This document shows, in pieces, positions 19,196 through 26,982 of a DNA stretch of 64,000 nt (position 1 is the stretch's first letter; each line of letters opens with the position of its first letter). The notes below the pieces were generated by a model that saw only the letters and a list, made by a program, of their open reading frames with translations, did not search any database and was not told the DNA's origin. Source of the DNA: an uncultured Gemmatimonadales bacterium (GTDB lineage: Bacteria; Gemmatimonadota; Gemmatimonadetes; Longimicrobiales; Gaopeijiaceae); the NCBI GenBank assembly GCA_963809895.1, contig CAWELD010000003.1:2528001-2592000 (forward strand). Direction: 5' to 3'. The position numbers and the translations under genes were made by a program.

Positions 19196-22132
19196 ATGTC
19201 TCGACCGCTCCTTCACTGCCGCCTCACCCTTCGGTCGCTACTCCCGGTGGCCTCGTTGGCCTCGTTGGCCCTCTGCGCCGGGAGTGCGACCGCCCAGCGA
19301 CCCAATCCCTTCGCCGAGCTGACCTTCCGTTCCATCGGCCCCGCCGTCACCGGAGGCCGCATCCACGACGTTCAGGCGCTGGCCGACGACCCCGGCACGA
19401 TCTGGGTGGCCAGCGCCACGGGAGGGCTGTGGAAGTCCACGAACCGGGGCACGACCTGGGACCCGGTCTTCGACGGTCAATCCACCGGCACCTTCGGCGT
19501 GGTGGCGGTGGCCCCGTCGGACCCCGCCGTGGTGTGGGCCGGCACCGGCGAGCAGAACAACCGCCAGAGCAGCTCCTGGGGGAACGGGGTCTACCGCAGC
19601 ATCGACGGCGGCGGGACCTGGACGCATCTGGGGCTGGAGAATACCCGGGCCATCGGCCGCATCCTGGTGGACCCCTCGGATCCCGACGTGGCCCTGGTGG
19701 GCGCGCTGGGTAACCTGTGGGCACCCTCCGAGGACCGGGGCGTGTACCGCACCACCGACGGCGGGCGCACCTGGCAGAAGGTGCTCTACGTCGACGATGT
19801 CACGGGCATCGTGGACATGGCCCGGGACGGCGGCGACGCCAACACCGTGTACGCCGCCGCCTACCAGCGGCTCCGCCAGCCCTGGGGCTTCAACGGCGGA
19901 GGGCCCGGCAGCGGCATCTTCCGGAGCACCGACGGCGGCCAGAGCTGGGAGCGCCTCACCGAGGGGCTGCCCGAGGGCGACGAGGGCCGGATCGGCCTGG
20001 CGACCTCGGCCCACACCGCGGGGCTGGCCTACGCGGTGATCGAGCACGACGACGCCGGAGGCATCTACCGGACCACCGACGGCGGCGACCACTGGGAGCA
20101 GATGAGCGACATGAACTCCCGGCCCGCGTACTACAGCGGGTTGTACGTGGATCCCACCAACGACCGGCGGCTCTACCTGCTGACGCGCTGGTTCTATTCC
20201 AGCGAGGACGCCGGCGCCACCTGGCGCACCATGCCCACCGAGCCCACCTACGACGTGGGCCTCAAGGGCGACTACCACGCCATGTGGATCGACCCCAACG
20301 ACTCCCGCCACTTCTACCTGGCCGGCGACGGCGGGCTCTACCAGACCCACGATCGGGGCGAGACGTACGTGCCCTACGAGAACATCCCCATCGGGCAGTT
20401 CTACGGCCTCGGGCTCGACGACCGCTCACCCTACTGGATCTACGGGGGGATGCAGGACAACCACTCGTGGGAGGTGCCCAGCGCCACGCGTCACTACCTG
20501 GGCATCGCCCCCGGCGACTGGCGCGAGATCGGCTTCAACGACGGCCTGGAGCACGACGTGGACGTGGACGGTCCGCGCTACGTGTACAGCAACGCCGTGC
20601 AGGGCGACCTCACCCTGGTGGACGCCTACAACGGGGACCGCCGGGACATCCATCCCGTGGCGGCACCGGGCGAGCCCGAGCTGCGCTGGGAGTGGATGAC
20701 GCCGGGGGCGGCGTCGAAGGTGAGGCCCGGCACGTACTACTACGGGGCCCAGCGGCTCATGATCACCCGGGACCACGGCACCACCTGGACGGGCACCGAG
20801 GACCTGACCCGGGCCATCGACCGGGACACCCTCACCATCATGGGCGTGCGGGGCTCGGAGCCCATGCTGTCCAAGAATGACGGGCAGAGCGACTTCAGCG
20901 CGCTGAGCGCCGTGGCCGAGTCGCCCGTGGACCCGACGGTGCTGTGGGCGGGCAGCGATGACGGCAACCTGCAGGTGAGCCGCGACGGCGGCGACACGTG
21001 GACCAACGTGGCCGCCAACCTGCCGGGCATGCCCGACGGGGCCTACGTCAGCCGCATCGGACCGTCGCGGGCCGGGCCGGGCGTGGCGTACGTGGCCGTC
21101 GACGACCACCGCCGCGGTGACTTCCGACCCTACGCCTACCGGACCGACGACTTCGGCGCGACCTGGACCTCGCTGGCGGCGGGGCTGCCCGAGGACGGCT
21201 CCGTGCGCTTCATCGGCGAGCACCCGGACCGGGCCGGAGCCGTCTTCCTGGGAACCGAGCACGCGCTCTACTTCTCGCCGGACCGGGGCGAGACCTGGTA
21301 CCCGCTGGGGGCGGATCTGCCGGCCACGCTCTACATGGAGGTCGAGGTTCAGCCGAGGGTCCACGACGCGGTCGTGGCCACCCACGGTCGGGGCATCTAC
21401 ATCCTGGAAGACGCTTCATCGCTGGCCGAGTGGACCCCCGAGGTCGCCGCTGAAGCGGCCCACCTGTTCTCGCTCCGACCCGCGCACATCTGGCAGTACT
21501 GGGAGGACTATTCCTACCGGGGACAGGACTTCTGGGCCGGCGAAAATCCCCCGGAAGGCGCGGTGTTGGACTACACCCTGGGCCGGGCCGCTCCGTCGGC
21601 GACGCTCACGGTGCGGAACGAAGACGGTGCGGTTGTGCGCACCCTCGAAGGCCCCGGGAGCGCCGGCACGATCCACCGGGTGACGTGGGACCTGCGCCAC
21701 GAGCCGCCGCCGTCGCAGCCCGACGACCCGAACCGGCCGCAGGCCCGGGCCCTGCCGCGGCCGCCGCGGCCGCTGTCGCCGGTGGGACCCTGGGTCTCGC
21801 CGGGAACCTACACGGTCACGCTGGAGGCCGGCGGGGCGACCTCGACGCGAACCGTCGAGGTGAGGGGGGATCCGGGAAAGCCGCGGCTCACCGCCGCGCA
21901 GTACCGTGACCGGGAGCGCTTCCTGGTCGAGCTGCTCCATCTCCAGCGGGAGGCGTGGGAGCGCATGAGCCAGCCGGGAGCCTCGGGCGCGCTGCGCCGC
22001 GTCTACTTCGGCACGTCGAGCCTGGCGGGAGACTTCAACGGCTCGGGTTCGGTGCAGGGATCGCTGTATCCGCCCACCCCCGAGCAGCGGCGGCGACTGG
22101 AGGAGCTCAAGGCGCAGCTCGGCGGGGGGTAG
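19196..22132 (+). CDS. secreted Asp-box (BNR)/VPS10-sortilin-like beta-propeller protein
   Basis: signal peptide, FRSIGPAVTGGRI, many S/TxDGGxTW repeats, GGMQDN, ATHGRG. Confidence 0.85.
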   Translation: MSRPLLHCRLTLRSLLPVASLASLALCAGSATAQRPNPFAELTFRSIGPAVTGGRIHDVQALADDPGTIWVASATGGLWKSTNRGTTWDPVFDGQSTGTFGVVAVAPSDPAVVWAGTGEQNNRQSSSWGNGVYRSIDGGGTWTHLGLENTRAIGRILVDPSDPDVALVGALGNLWAPSEDRGVYRTTDGGRTWQKVLYVDDVTGIVDMARDGGDANTVYAAAYQRLRQPWGFNGGGPGSGIFRSTDGGQSWERLTEGLPEGDEGRIGLATSAHTAGLAYAVIEHDDAGGIYRTTDGGDHWEQMSDMNSRPAYYSGLYVDPTNDRRLYLLTRWFYSSEDAGATWRTMPTEPTYDVGLKGDYHAMWIDPNDSRHFYLAGDGGLYQTHDRGETYVPYENIPIGQFYGLGLDDRSPYWIYGGMQDNHSWEVPSATRHYLGIAPGDWREIGFNDGLEHDVDVDGPRYVYSNAVQGDLTLVDAYNGDRRDIHPVAAPGEPELRWEWMTPGAASKVRPGTYYYGAQRLMITRDHGTTWTGTEDLTRAIDRDTLTIMGVRGSEPMLSKNDGQSDFSALSAVAESPVDPTVLWAGSDDGNLQVSRDGGDTWTNVAANLPGMPDGAYVSRIGPSRAGPGVAYVAVDDHRRGDFRPYAYRTDDFGATWTSLAAGLPEDGSVRFIGEHPDRAGAVFLGTEHALYFSPDRGETWYPLGADLPATLYMEVEVQPRVHDAVVATHGRGIYILEDASSLAEWTPEVAAEAAHLFSLRPAHIWQYWEDYSYRGQDFWAGENPPEGAVLDYTLGRAAPSATLTVRNEDGAVVRTLEGPGSAGTIHRVTWDLRHEPPPSQPDDPNRPQARALPRPPRPLSPVGPWVSPGTYTVTLEAGGATSTRTVEVRGDPGKPRLTAAQYRDRERFLVELLHLQREAWERMSQPGASGALRRVYFGTSSLAGDFNGSGSVQGSLYPPTPEQRRRLEELKAQLGGG

Positions 22133-22134
22133 CC

Positions 22135-22677
22135 TCAGCCGAAGAGCAGGCGCACGGTCCACACGGCGATGATCATGGCGGCCAGGTCCGCCGTGAGCCC
22201 GGCGGGTACGGCGTGGCGGGTCTTCTTGATGCTCACCGCCCCGAAGTAGACCGCCAGCACGTAGAAGGTGGTCTCCGTGGACCCGAACATGACGGCCGCC
22301 ATCTTCACCAGGATGGAATCCTCGCCGTACTGGTGGATCATGTCGGCCACGATGGCCGCCGAGCCCGAGCCCGTCAGGGGCCGGATGATGGCCATGGGGA
22401 GCACTTCCGGCGGGAAGCCGATGGCACCCAGCACGGGCCGCAGCAGCTCCGCCAGGAAGTCCATGGCCCCGCTGGCCCTGAACATGCCGATGGCCATGAG
22501 GATGGCCACCAGGTACGGGATGATGCGGATGGCGACCTCGAATCCCTCCTTGGCACCTTCGACGAAGGTCTCGTAGACCGGCACCCGCTTGTAGAGCCCG
22601 TACAGGGGAAAGAGCACCAGGATCAGCGGGATGACGAAGTAGGACAGGAGGCCGATGGTCTCGCGCACGGTGTCCAT
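22135..22677 (-). CDS. spmB: SpmB-like nucleoside-recognition (Gate) membrane protein
   Basis: VYETFVEGAKEGF, RPLTGSG, GSTETTFYVLAVYFG. Confidence 0.9.
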   Translation of the reverse strand: MDTVRETIGLLSYFVIPLILVLFPLYGLYKRVPVYETFVEGAKEGFEVAIRIIPYLVAILMAIGMFRASGAMDFLAELLRPVLGAIGFPPEVLPMAIIRPLTGSGSAAIVADMIHQYGEDSILVKMAAVMFGSTETTFYVLAVYFGAVSIKKTRHAVPAGLTADLAAMIIAVWTVRLLFG

Positions 22678-22686
22678 GGCGCCTCC

Positions 22687-23712
22687 TCAGTCCGACGGGC
22701 CGGCGGCGGGCGAGGACGGGCCCGGCGGCGGTGTCCGATTGGGGTCGGAGGCGCGGACGCCTGGCAGGCGCCCGAAGAGCTTGGTGGCGACGATGGCGAT
22801 GACCAACGACAGCCCGGTGGTGATGATGATGGCGAAGATGAGCTGGTTGATCTGGAGCCCCATGAGCGCCAGCAGCAGAACCGGCGGTACGAGTTGCACG
22901 CTGGCGGTGTTGACGGCCAGGAGCATGACCATGGAGTTGGTGGCCGTATCCTCGCTGGGATTCAGCGTCTGGAGCTCCTCCATGGCCTTGATGCCAAAGG
23001 GCGTGGCGGCGTTGCCGAGGCCGAAGATGTTGGCGGTCAGGTTGAGGGCGATCATGCCCAGCGCCGGGTGGTCCGGGGGGATCTCCGGAAACAGGGGACG
23101 CAGCACGGGGCGCACGACCCGCACCAGCGCATAGATGACACCCGCTTCCTCGGCGATCTTGAGAATCCCCAGAAAGAGGGCCAGCACGCCGATGAGGCCC
23201 AGGGCGATCTGCGCCGCGGTCTCGGCCGAATCGAGGGCTCCGGCGGCGATGGCATTGAGTTTGACGAAGCGCACGGGCTCGAAGCGCACGGCCGCACCAG
23301 CAGCGGCGCCCGGACCGGCAGTGGCCGCAGGCGGCGTGAAATCGGTCAGGGTGCCCTGGAGCTCGTCGTCCCGGGAGCTGGAGACGCCCCGGATCGTGGC
23401 GAGTGGCTCCGGCAGATCGGCGCCGGCGTCGAAGCGGAGCTGACGGCCTTCACGGGTCTGCACCAGGTAGCCGTCGTACGTCGTGTCCGCCGGACGCTCG
23501 TCGGTTCCGTAGAAGTCCCGGTACGTGCCGGGGGCGATCCGGATGCGAGCGGGAACGCGGCGCGCTCCGGGCTCGTACCCCTGCGGGAAGGTGAGCTCCA
23601 CGGGCAGGGGCTGGCCGTTGCGGTAGGTGTCGTGGGCCAGGTCACCCACGTCGAACACCATGGCGAAGACCAGGGCCGACACGATGAGCCCCGTCCAGAT
23701 GTAGTTGAGCAT
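22687..23712 (-). CDS. spmA: SpmA-like nucleoside-recognition membrane protein with a large soluble insertion
   Basis: MLNYIW, LFPEIPPDHPA, ANIFGLGNAATPFGIKAMEELQ, NTASVQLVP. Confidence 0.88.
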   Translation of the reverse strand: MLNYIWTGLIVSALVFAMVFDVGDLAHDTYRNGQPLPVELTFPQGYEPGARRVPARIRIAPGTYRDFYGTDERPADTTYDGYLVQTREGRQLRFDAGADLPEPLATIRGVSSSRDDELQGTLTDFTPPAATAGPGAAAGAAVRFEPVRFVKLNAIAAGALDSAETAAQIALGLIGVLALFLGILKIAEEAGVIYALVRVVRPVLRPLFPEIPPDHPALGMIALNLTANIFGLGNAATPFGIKAMEELQTLNPSEDTATNSMVMLLAVNTASVQLVPPVLLLALMGLQINQLIFAIIITTGLSLVIAIVATKLFGRLPGVRASDPNRTPPPGPSSPAAGPSD

Positions 23713-23727
23713 GGGCGGCGCTCCTCG

Positions 23728-24288
23728 TCAGTCGCGCCAGGTCGTCAGGTCACGGGCGCTCGAGCGGGGCTTGGGATCCGGCGTGTCCACGGGTTCGCCG
23801 ATCTGGATCAGCGCCACGATGCGCTGGCCGTCGGGAACGCGCACCGCGGCCCTCGCTGCGGGATCATCCATGACCGCCCCGGACTTGATGTGCGTCCCCA
23901 GTCCCATGGCCTCGGCCGCCAGCGCCAGATTCTCGAGGCCCATGAAGATGGCCGCGTAGTCCTCTTCGCGGATCTCGGGGTTGTCGTCCAGGGGCATGGC
24001 CACAGCGACCAGCGCCGGCAGCGCCTCGTAGTCCCCGGCGACCTTTTCCCGCACGGCGTGCGCCGCGTCGGGGTCCTCGACCTTCTTCGCCTTGCGGGCC
24101 CCCAACGCTTCACCCCACGCCCGCCGAGCCCGGGGGCCGAGGACGTAGAAGCGCCACGGCTGGGTCATGCGGTGGTTCGGGGCCAGCGTCACACTCTCGA
24201 GGAGCCGCTCGATCTCGTCGCGGGACACGGGACGGTCGGTGAAGTGCTTGATGGAACGTCGATTCTCGATGGCGGCAAAGACGTCCAA
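23728..24288 (-). CDS. nitroreductase family protein (YdjA-like)
   Basis: TTG start after GGAGG; AIENRRSIKHF, APNHRMTQPWRF, LAAEAMGLGT. Confidence 0.9.
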   Translation of the reverse strand: MDVFAAIENRRSIKHFTDRPVSRDEIERLLESVTLAPNHRMTQPWRFYVLGPRARRAWGEALGARKAKKVEDPDAAHAVREKVAGDYEALPALVAVAMPLDDNPEIREEDYAAIFMGLENLALAAEAMGLGTHIKSGAVMDDPAARAAVRVPDGQRIVALIQIGEPVDTPDPKPRSSARDLTTWRD

Positions 24289-24419
24289 GGATGATCCTCC
24301 GTGAGGTGGAACGAGCGGAAGGTCATGAAAATGAACGCTTCCCGCGGCTCGCGCACCTCGATAAGCGTGCGGAGCCGGTGGCCGGACCTGTTCGGGGCTC
24401 CCGGAGCGGCTCCCCGTGG

Positions 24420-24920
24420 TTACGGGTGATCGGCCGGGATGATGCTCAACCGACCATCCGGCTCGACATAGGCGGCCATGCAGTCCTGGATCGAGTTGAG
24501 GCCCTGCTTGCGTAGCTCCTCCATGATTTCGTCTTCTGTGAGAAGCTCTTTGCGCGCGTTCTCGCGGACGATCTCTCCGTGCTGGATGACGGGCAGCGCT
24601 CGTTTGCGGAGGAGGGCCCGTGAAGCCGGAATGCGATACGCGACCTGGTCGATCAACCACTCCCAGAAGAGCAGGGTCCCGCCCGCGATGGCGGCGGTGC
24701 CCACGCTGGGATCGTGCCCGGTGAGGCCCAGGCGCACGGAGCTCGCGAGGAGCACCAACAGCAGGAGGTCGGAGATGGCCAGGTGGCCGAGTTGTCGCCT
24801 GGAGACCATGCGCAGTGCCAGCAGGAGCAACAAGTAGACCGCCGACACGCGCACGAAGATCTCGAGAAGCGGCGTCTGGGGGATGAAGATGCGGCCCCAC
24901 TCCACCGGGCCCAGGTGCAT
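24420..24920 (-). CDS. DUF421/YetF family membrane protein
   Basis: RRQLGHLAISDLLLLVLLA, three TMs, VIQHGEIVREN, AYVEPDGRLSII. Confidence 0.88.
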   Translation of the reverse strand: MHLGPVEWGRIFIPQTPLLEIFVRVSAVYLLLLLALRMVSRRQLGHLAISDLLLLVLLASSVRLGLTGHDPSVGTAAIAGGTLLFWEWLIDQVAYRIPASRALLRKRALPVIQHGEIVRENARKELLTEDEIMEELRKQGLNSIQDCMAAYVEPDGRLSIIPADHP

Positions 24921-24928
24921 GATTCCTC

Positions 24929-25402
24929 CTAGCTTTTCATCGAGGTCACTTGGCTCAGCGCGTCCTCTGCGGAAAGTCGCCCGACCGCGCCATTCGAATA
25001 GCTCGAGAACCGCACCTCTCCAGCCGGATCGAGGATGAACTGGGCGGGCTGTAGATACGATTTCTCGTTCTCGTGAACGAAGAGCCCGAGGCGGTCGTGC
25101 ATCGCCTCCACGTCGAGCCCGTAGAGGACGGGAAACCCCAGTTTCTGCCCCTCCTTCATCTCGCGTGCGCCGTCTTCGTCCTCCGACGACAATGCCACGA
25201 TCTGCACGGCCTCCCGGTCGAAATCCTCCAGGCGCTCATTGAAGCCGGCCAACTGCCGGCGACAGTGTGGTCACCAGTGTCCGCGGTAGAAGATGAGCAC
25301 CGCCCACACTCCCTCTACATCGTCGGGGAGCGTCATGGGCTTCCCGCCCACAGCGGCAGCTCGCACCGTGGGAAATTCGTCTCCTCGGTCGAGCATGGGC
25401 AT
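24929..25402 (-). CDS. peroxiredoxin-like (AhpC/TSA) selenoprotein, 157 aa, Sec at codon 44
   Basis: GGAGG RBS and ATG 25402; LIFYRGHW-TGA(25273-25271)-PHCRRQL reads in frame into the 24929..25252 ORF (QIVALS, FPVLY, PAQFILDPAGEVRF). Confidence 0.88.
25244..25270 (-). promoter_or_regulatory. putative bacterial SECIS element
   Basis: after UGA: CCACACUGUC-GCCGGC-AGUUG-GCCGGC; 6-bp GC stem, loop starts 16 nt after UGA, G at loop position 2. Confidence 0.65.
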
Positions 25403-25451
25403 GTCGCGTCCCTCCAACTGGGGTGTGCTTCTGAGTGCCGCGAAATAGAGA

Positions 25452-25467
25452 TGCAACGCCGGTGCCA
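25452..25467 (-). promoter_or_regulatory. sigma54 (-24/-12) promoter
   Basis: minus strand TGGCAC-CGGCG-TTGCA matches TGGCAC-N5-TTGCW, about 50 nt upstream of the selenoprotein start. Confidence 0.75.
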
Positions 25468-25573
25468 ACGGCGACCCCGCATGACACCATGGCGCTCGGC
25501 GGGGGGGCTTCGCCATCTTTTCTGGACATTGGCCATCCGGGCCTCCCTCCCAACGGGCCGAATAGGAGTAGCC

Positions 25574-26698
25574 ATGCCCGATTCCCCGGCCGGTCTCGAC
25601 CTGCAATCCGGTGACACCCTGGTTCTCGTGGGCACCACCAAGGGTGCCTTCCTGCTCCGCTCCGACGCCGATCGGCGTCGTTGGGACGTCGACGGCCCCC
25701 ACTTTCCCGGCGAGGAGGTCTATGCGCTGGCCTTCGACCAGCGGGCAGGCCGGAAGACGCTGTGGGCTTCTCCGTCCAACCCCTTCTTCGGAGCCACGCT
25801 GCGGCGTTCCGACAATGGTGGCCGCTCGTGGTCCGACAAGGACGAGCGGCCGGTGAAGTTCCCCGAGAGCTCGGGCCTCGCGCTCAAGCGTGTCTGGCAG
25901 ATCCGGCCGGGACGGGACGACGATCCGGACCGGCTCTATCTCGGTGTCGAACCCACCTGCCTGTTCGAGAGCAAAGACAACGGAGCGACCTGGGCTCCCG
26001 TCCAGGGATTCCTGGAGCACGAGCACCGACCCAAGTGGACGCCCGGAAACGGTGGCCTCTGCCTGCACACGATCCTGCCGGACCCAGCCGACCCCGAGCG
26101 CATCCTGGTCGCCTTCTCCACCGGGGGCGTGTACCGCACGGACGACGGAGGAGCCACCTGGAGGCCGCGCAACCACGGCGTGCGCGCGGAGTTCCTGCCC
26201 GACAAGCATCCGGAGTTCGGGCAATGTGTGCACAAGGTCGCCCACCATCCGTCCCGCCCCGAGCGCCTCTACCTCCAGAACCACTGGGGCCTCTATCGGA
26301 GCGATGACTGGGGCGAGTCCTGGCACGACATCGCCAACGGCGTGCCGTCGGACTTCGGTTTCCCCATGGTGGTGCACCCGCATGACCCGGACACCGCGTA
26401 CATCGTACCCCTGGAGGCTGACGCCTTCCGCTGCACACCCGAGGCCAAGCTGCGCGTCTACCGTACGCGCGACGCGGGAGCCTCCTGGGAGCCGCTGACC
26501 AGGGGACTCCCGCAGGATGGCGCCTACGAGACCGTCCTCAGGGATGGCATGGACGCCGACGATGCGGAAGACGCAGGCATCTACTTCGGCACCCGCAGCG
26601 GCAAGGTGTTCGCTTCAGCCGATTCGGGCGACTCCTGGATGCTTGTCCGGGAGGGCCTCCCCCCCGTCGTGTGCGTGAAGGCAGCAACCGTGGTATGA
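25574..26698 (+). CDS. cytoplasmic Asp-box (BNR) beta-propeller protein
   Basis: AGGAG RBS; VLVGTTKGAF; six Asp-boxes (SDNGGRSW, SKDNGATW, TDDGGATW, SDDWGESW, TRDAGASW, SADSGDSW); no signal peptide. Confidence 0.85.
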   Translation: MPDSPAGLDLQSGDTLVLVGTTKGAFLLRSDADRRRWDVDGPHFPGEEVYALAFDQRAGRKTLWASPSNPFFGATLRRSDNGGRSWSDKDERPVKFPESSGLALKRVWQIRPGRDDDPDRLYLGVEPTCLFESKDNGATWAPVQGFLEHEHRPKWTPGNGGLCLHTILPDPADPERILVAFSTGGVYRTDDGGATWRPRNHGVRAEFLPDKHPEFGQCVHKVAHHPSRPERLYLQNHWGLYRSDDWGESWHDIANGVPSDFGFPMVVHPHDPDTAYIVPLEADAFRCTPEAKLRVYRTRDAGASWEPLTRGLPQDGAYETVLRDGMDADDAEDAGIYFGTRSGKVFASADSGDSWMLVREGLPPVVCVKAATVV

Positions 26699-26976
26699 GC
26701 GTTCGCCTCGTGCTTCCGTCACAGCTCCAGGAACTCAACCGCGGACGAGGGGCGCTGGAGCTGGGTAGCCCGGTCGCCACGGTGGCCGGCGCTTTCGAGG
26801 CTCTGCGCGCCAGCCACCCAGGGCTCTACGACCGAATCGTCACCGAGCGGTTCGAGTTGCGCCCCCACGTCAACGTGTTCGTCGACGGTGAGGATATCCG
26901 CTGGTGTGGCGGGCTGGACGCTCCGGTGCGGGAGCACAGCGAGGTGATGATCCTGCCCGCGGTGAGCGGGGGCTGA
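26695..26976 (+). CDS. MoaD/ThiS family ubiquitin-like protein
   Basis: ATGA overlap with upstream gene; HVNVFVDGEDIR, C-terminal ILPAVSGG. Confidence 0.9.
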   Translation: MSVRLVLPSQLQELNRGRGALELGSPVATVAGAFEALRASHPGLYDRIVTERFELRPHVNVFVDGEDIRWCGGLDAPVREHSEVMILPAVSGG

Positions 26977-26982
26977 GCCGAG

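Noticed and set aside
19248..19270. Short tandem repeat (TGGCCTCGT)x2.5
   Set aside because: In-frame 9-bp duplication within a signal peptide (ASLASLA); no sign of function
25271..25273. TGA as a genome-wide codon reassignment or a simple nonsense mutation
   Set aside because: Many genes here end normally in TGA; this one sits exactly at the redox Cys position and is followed by a SECIS-like hairpin
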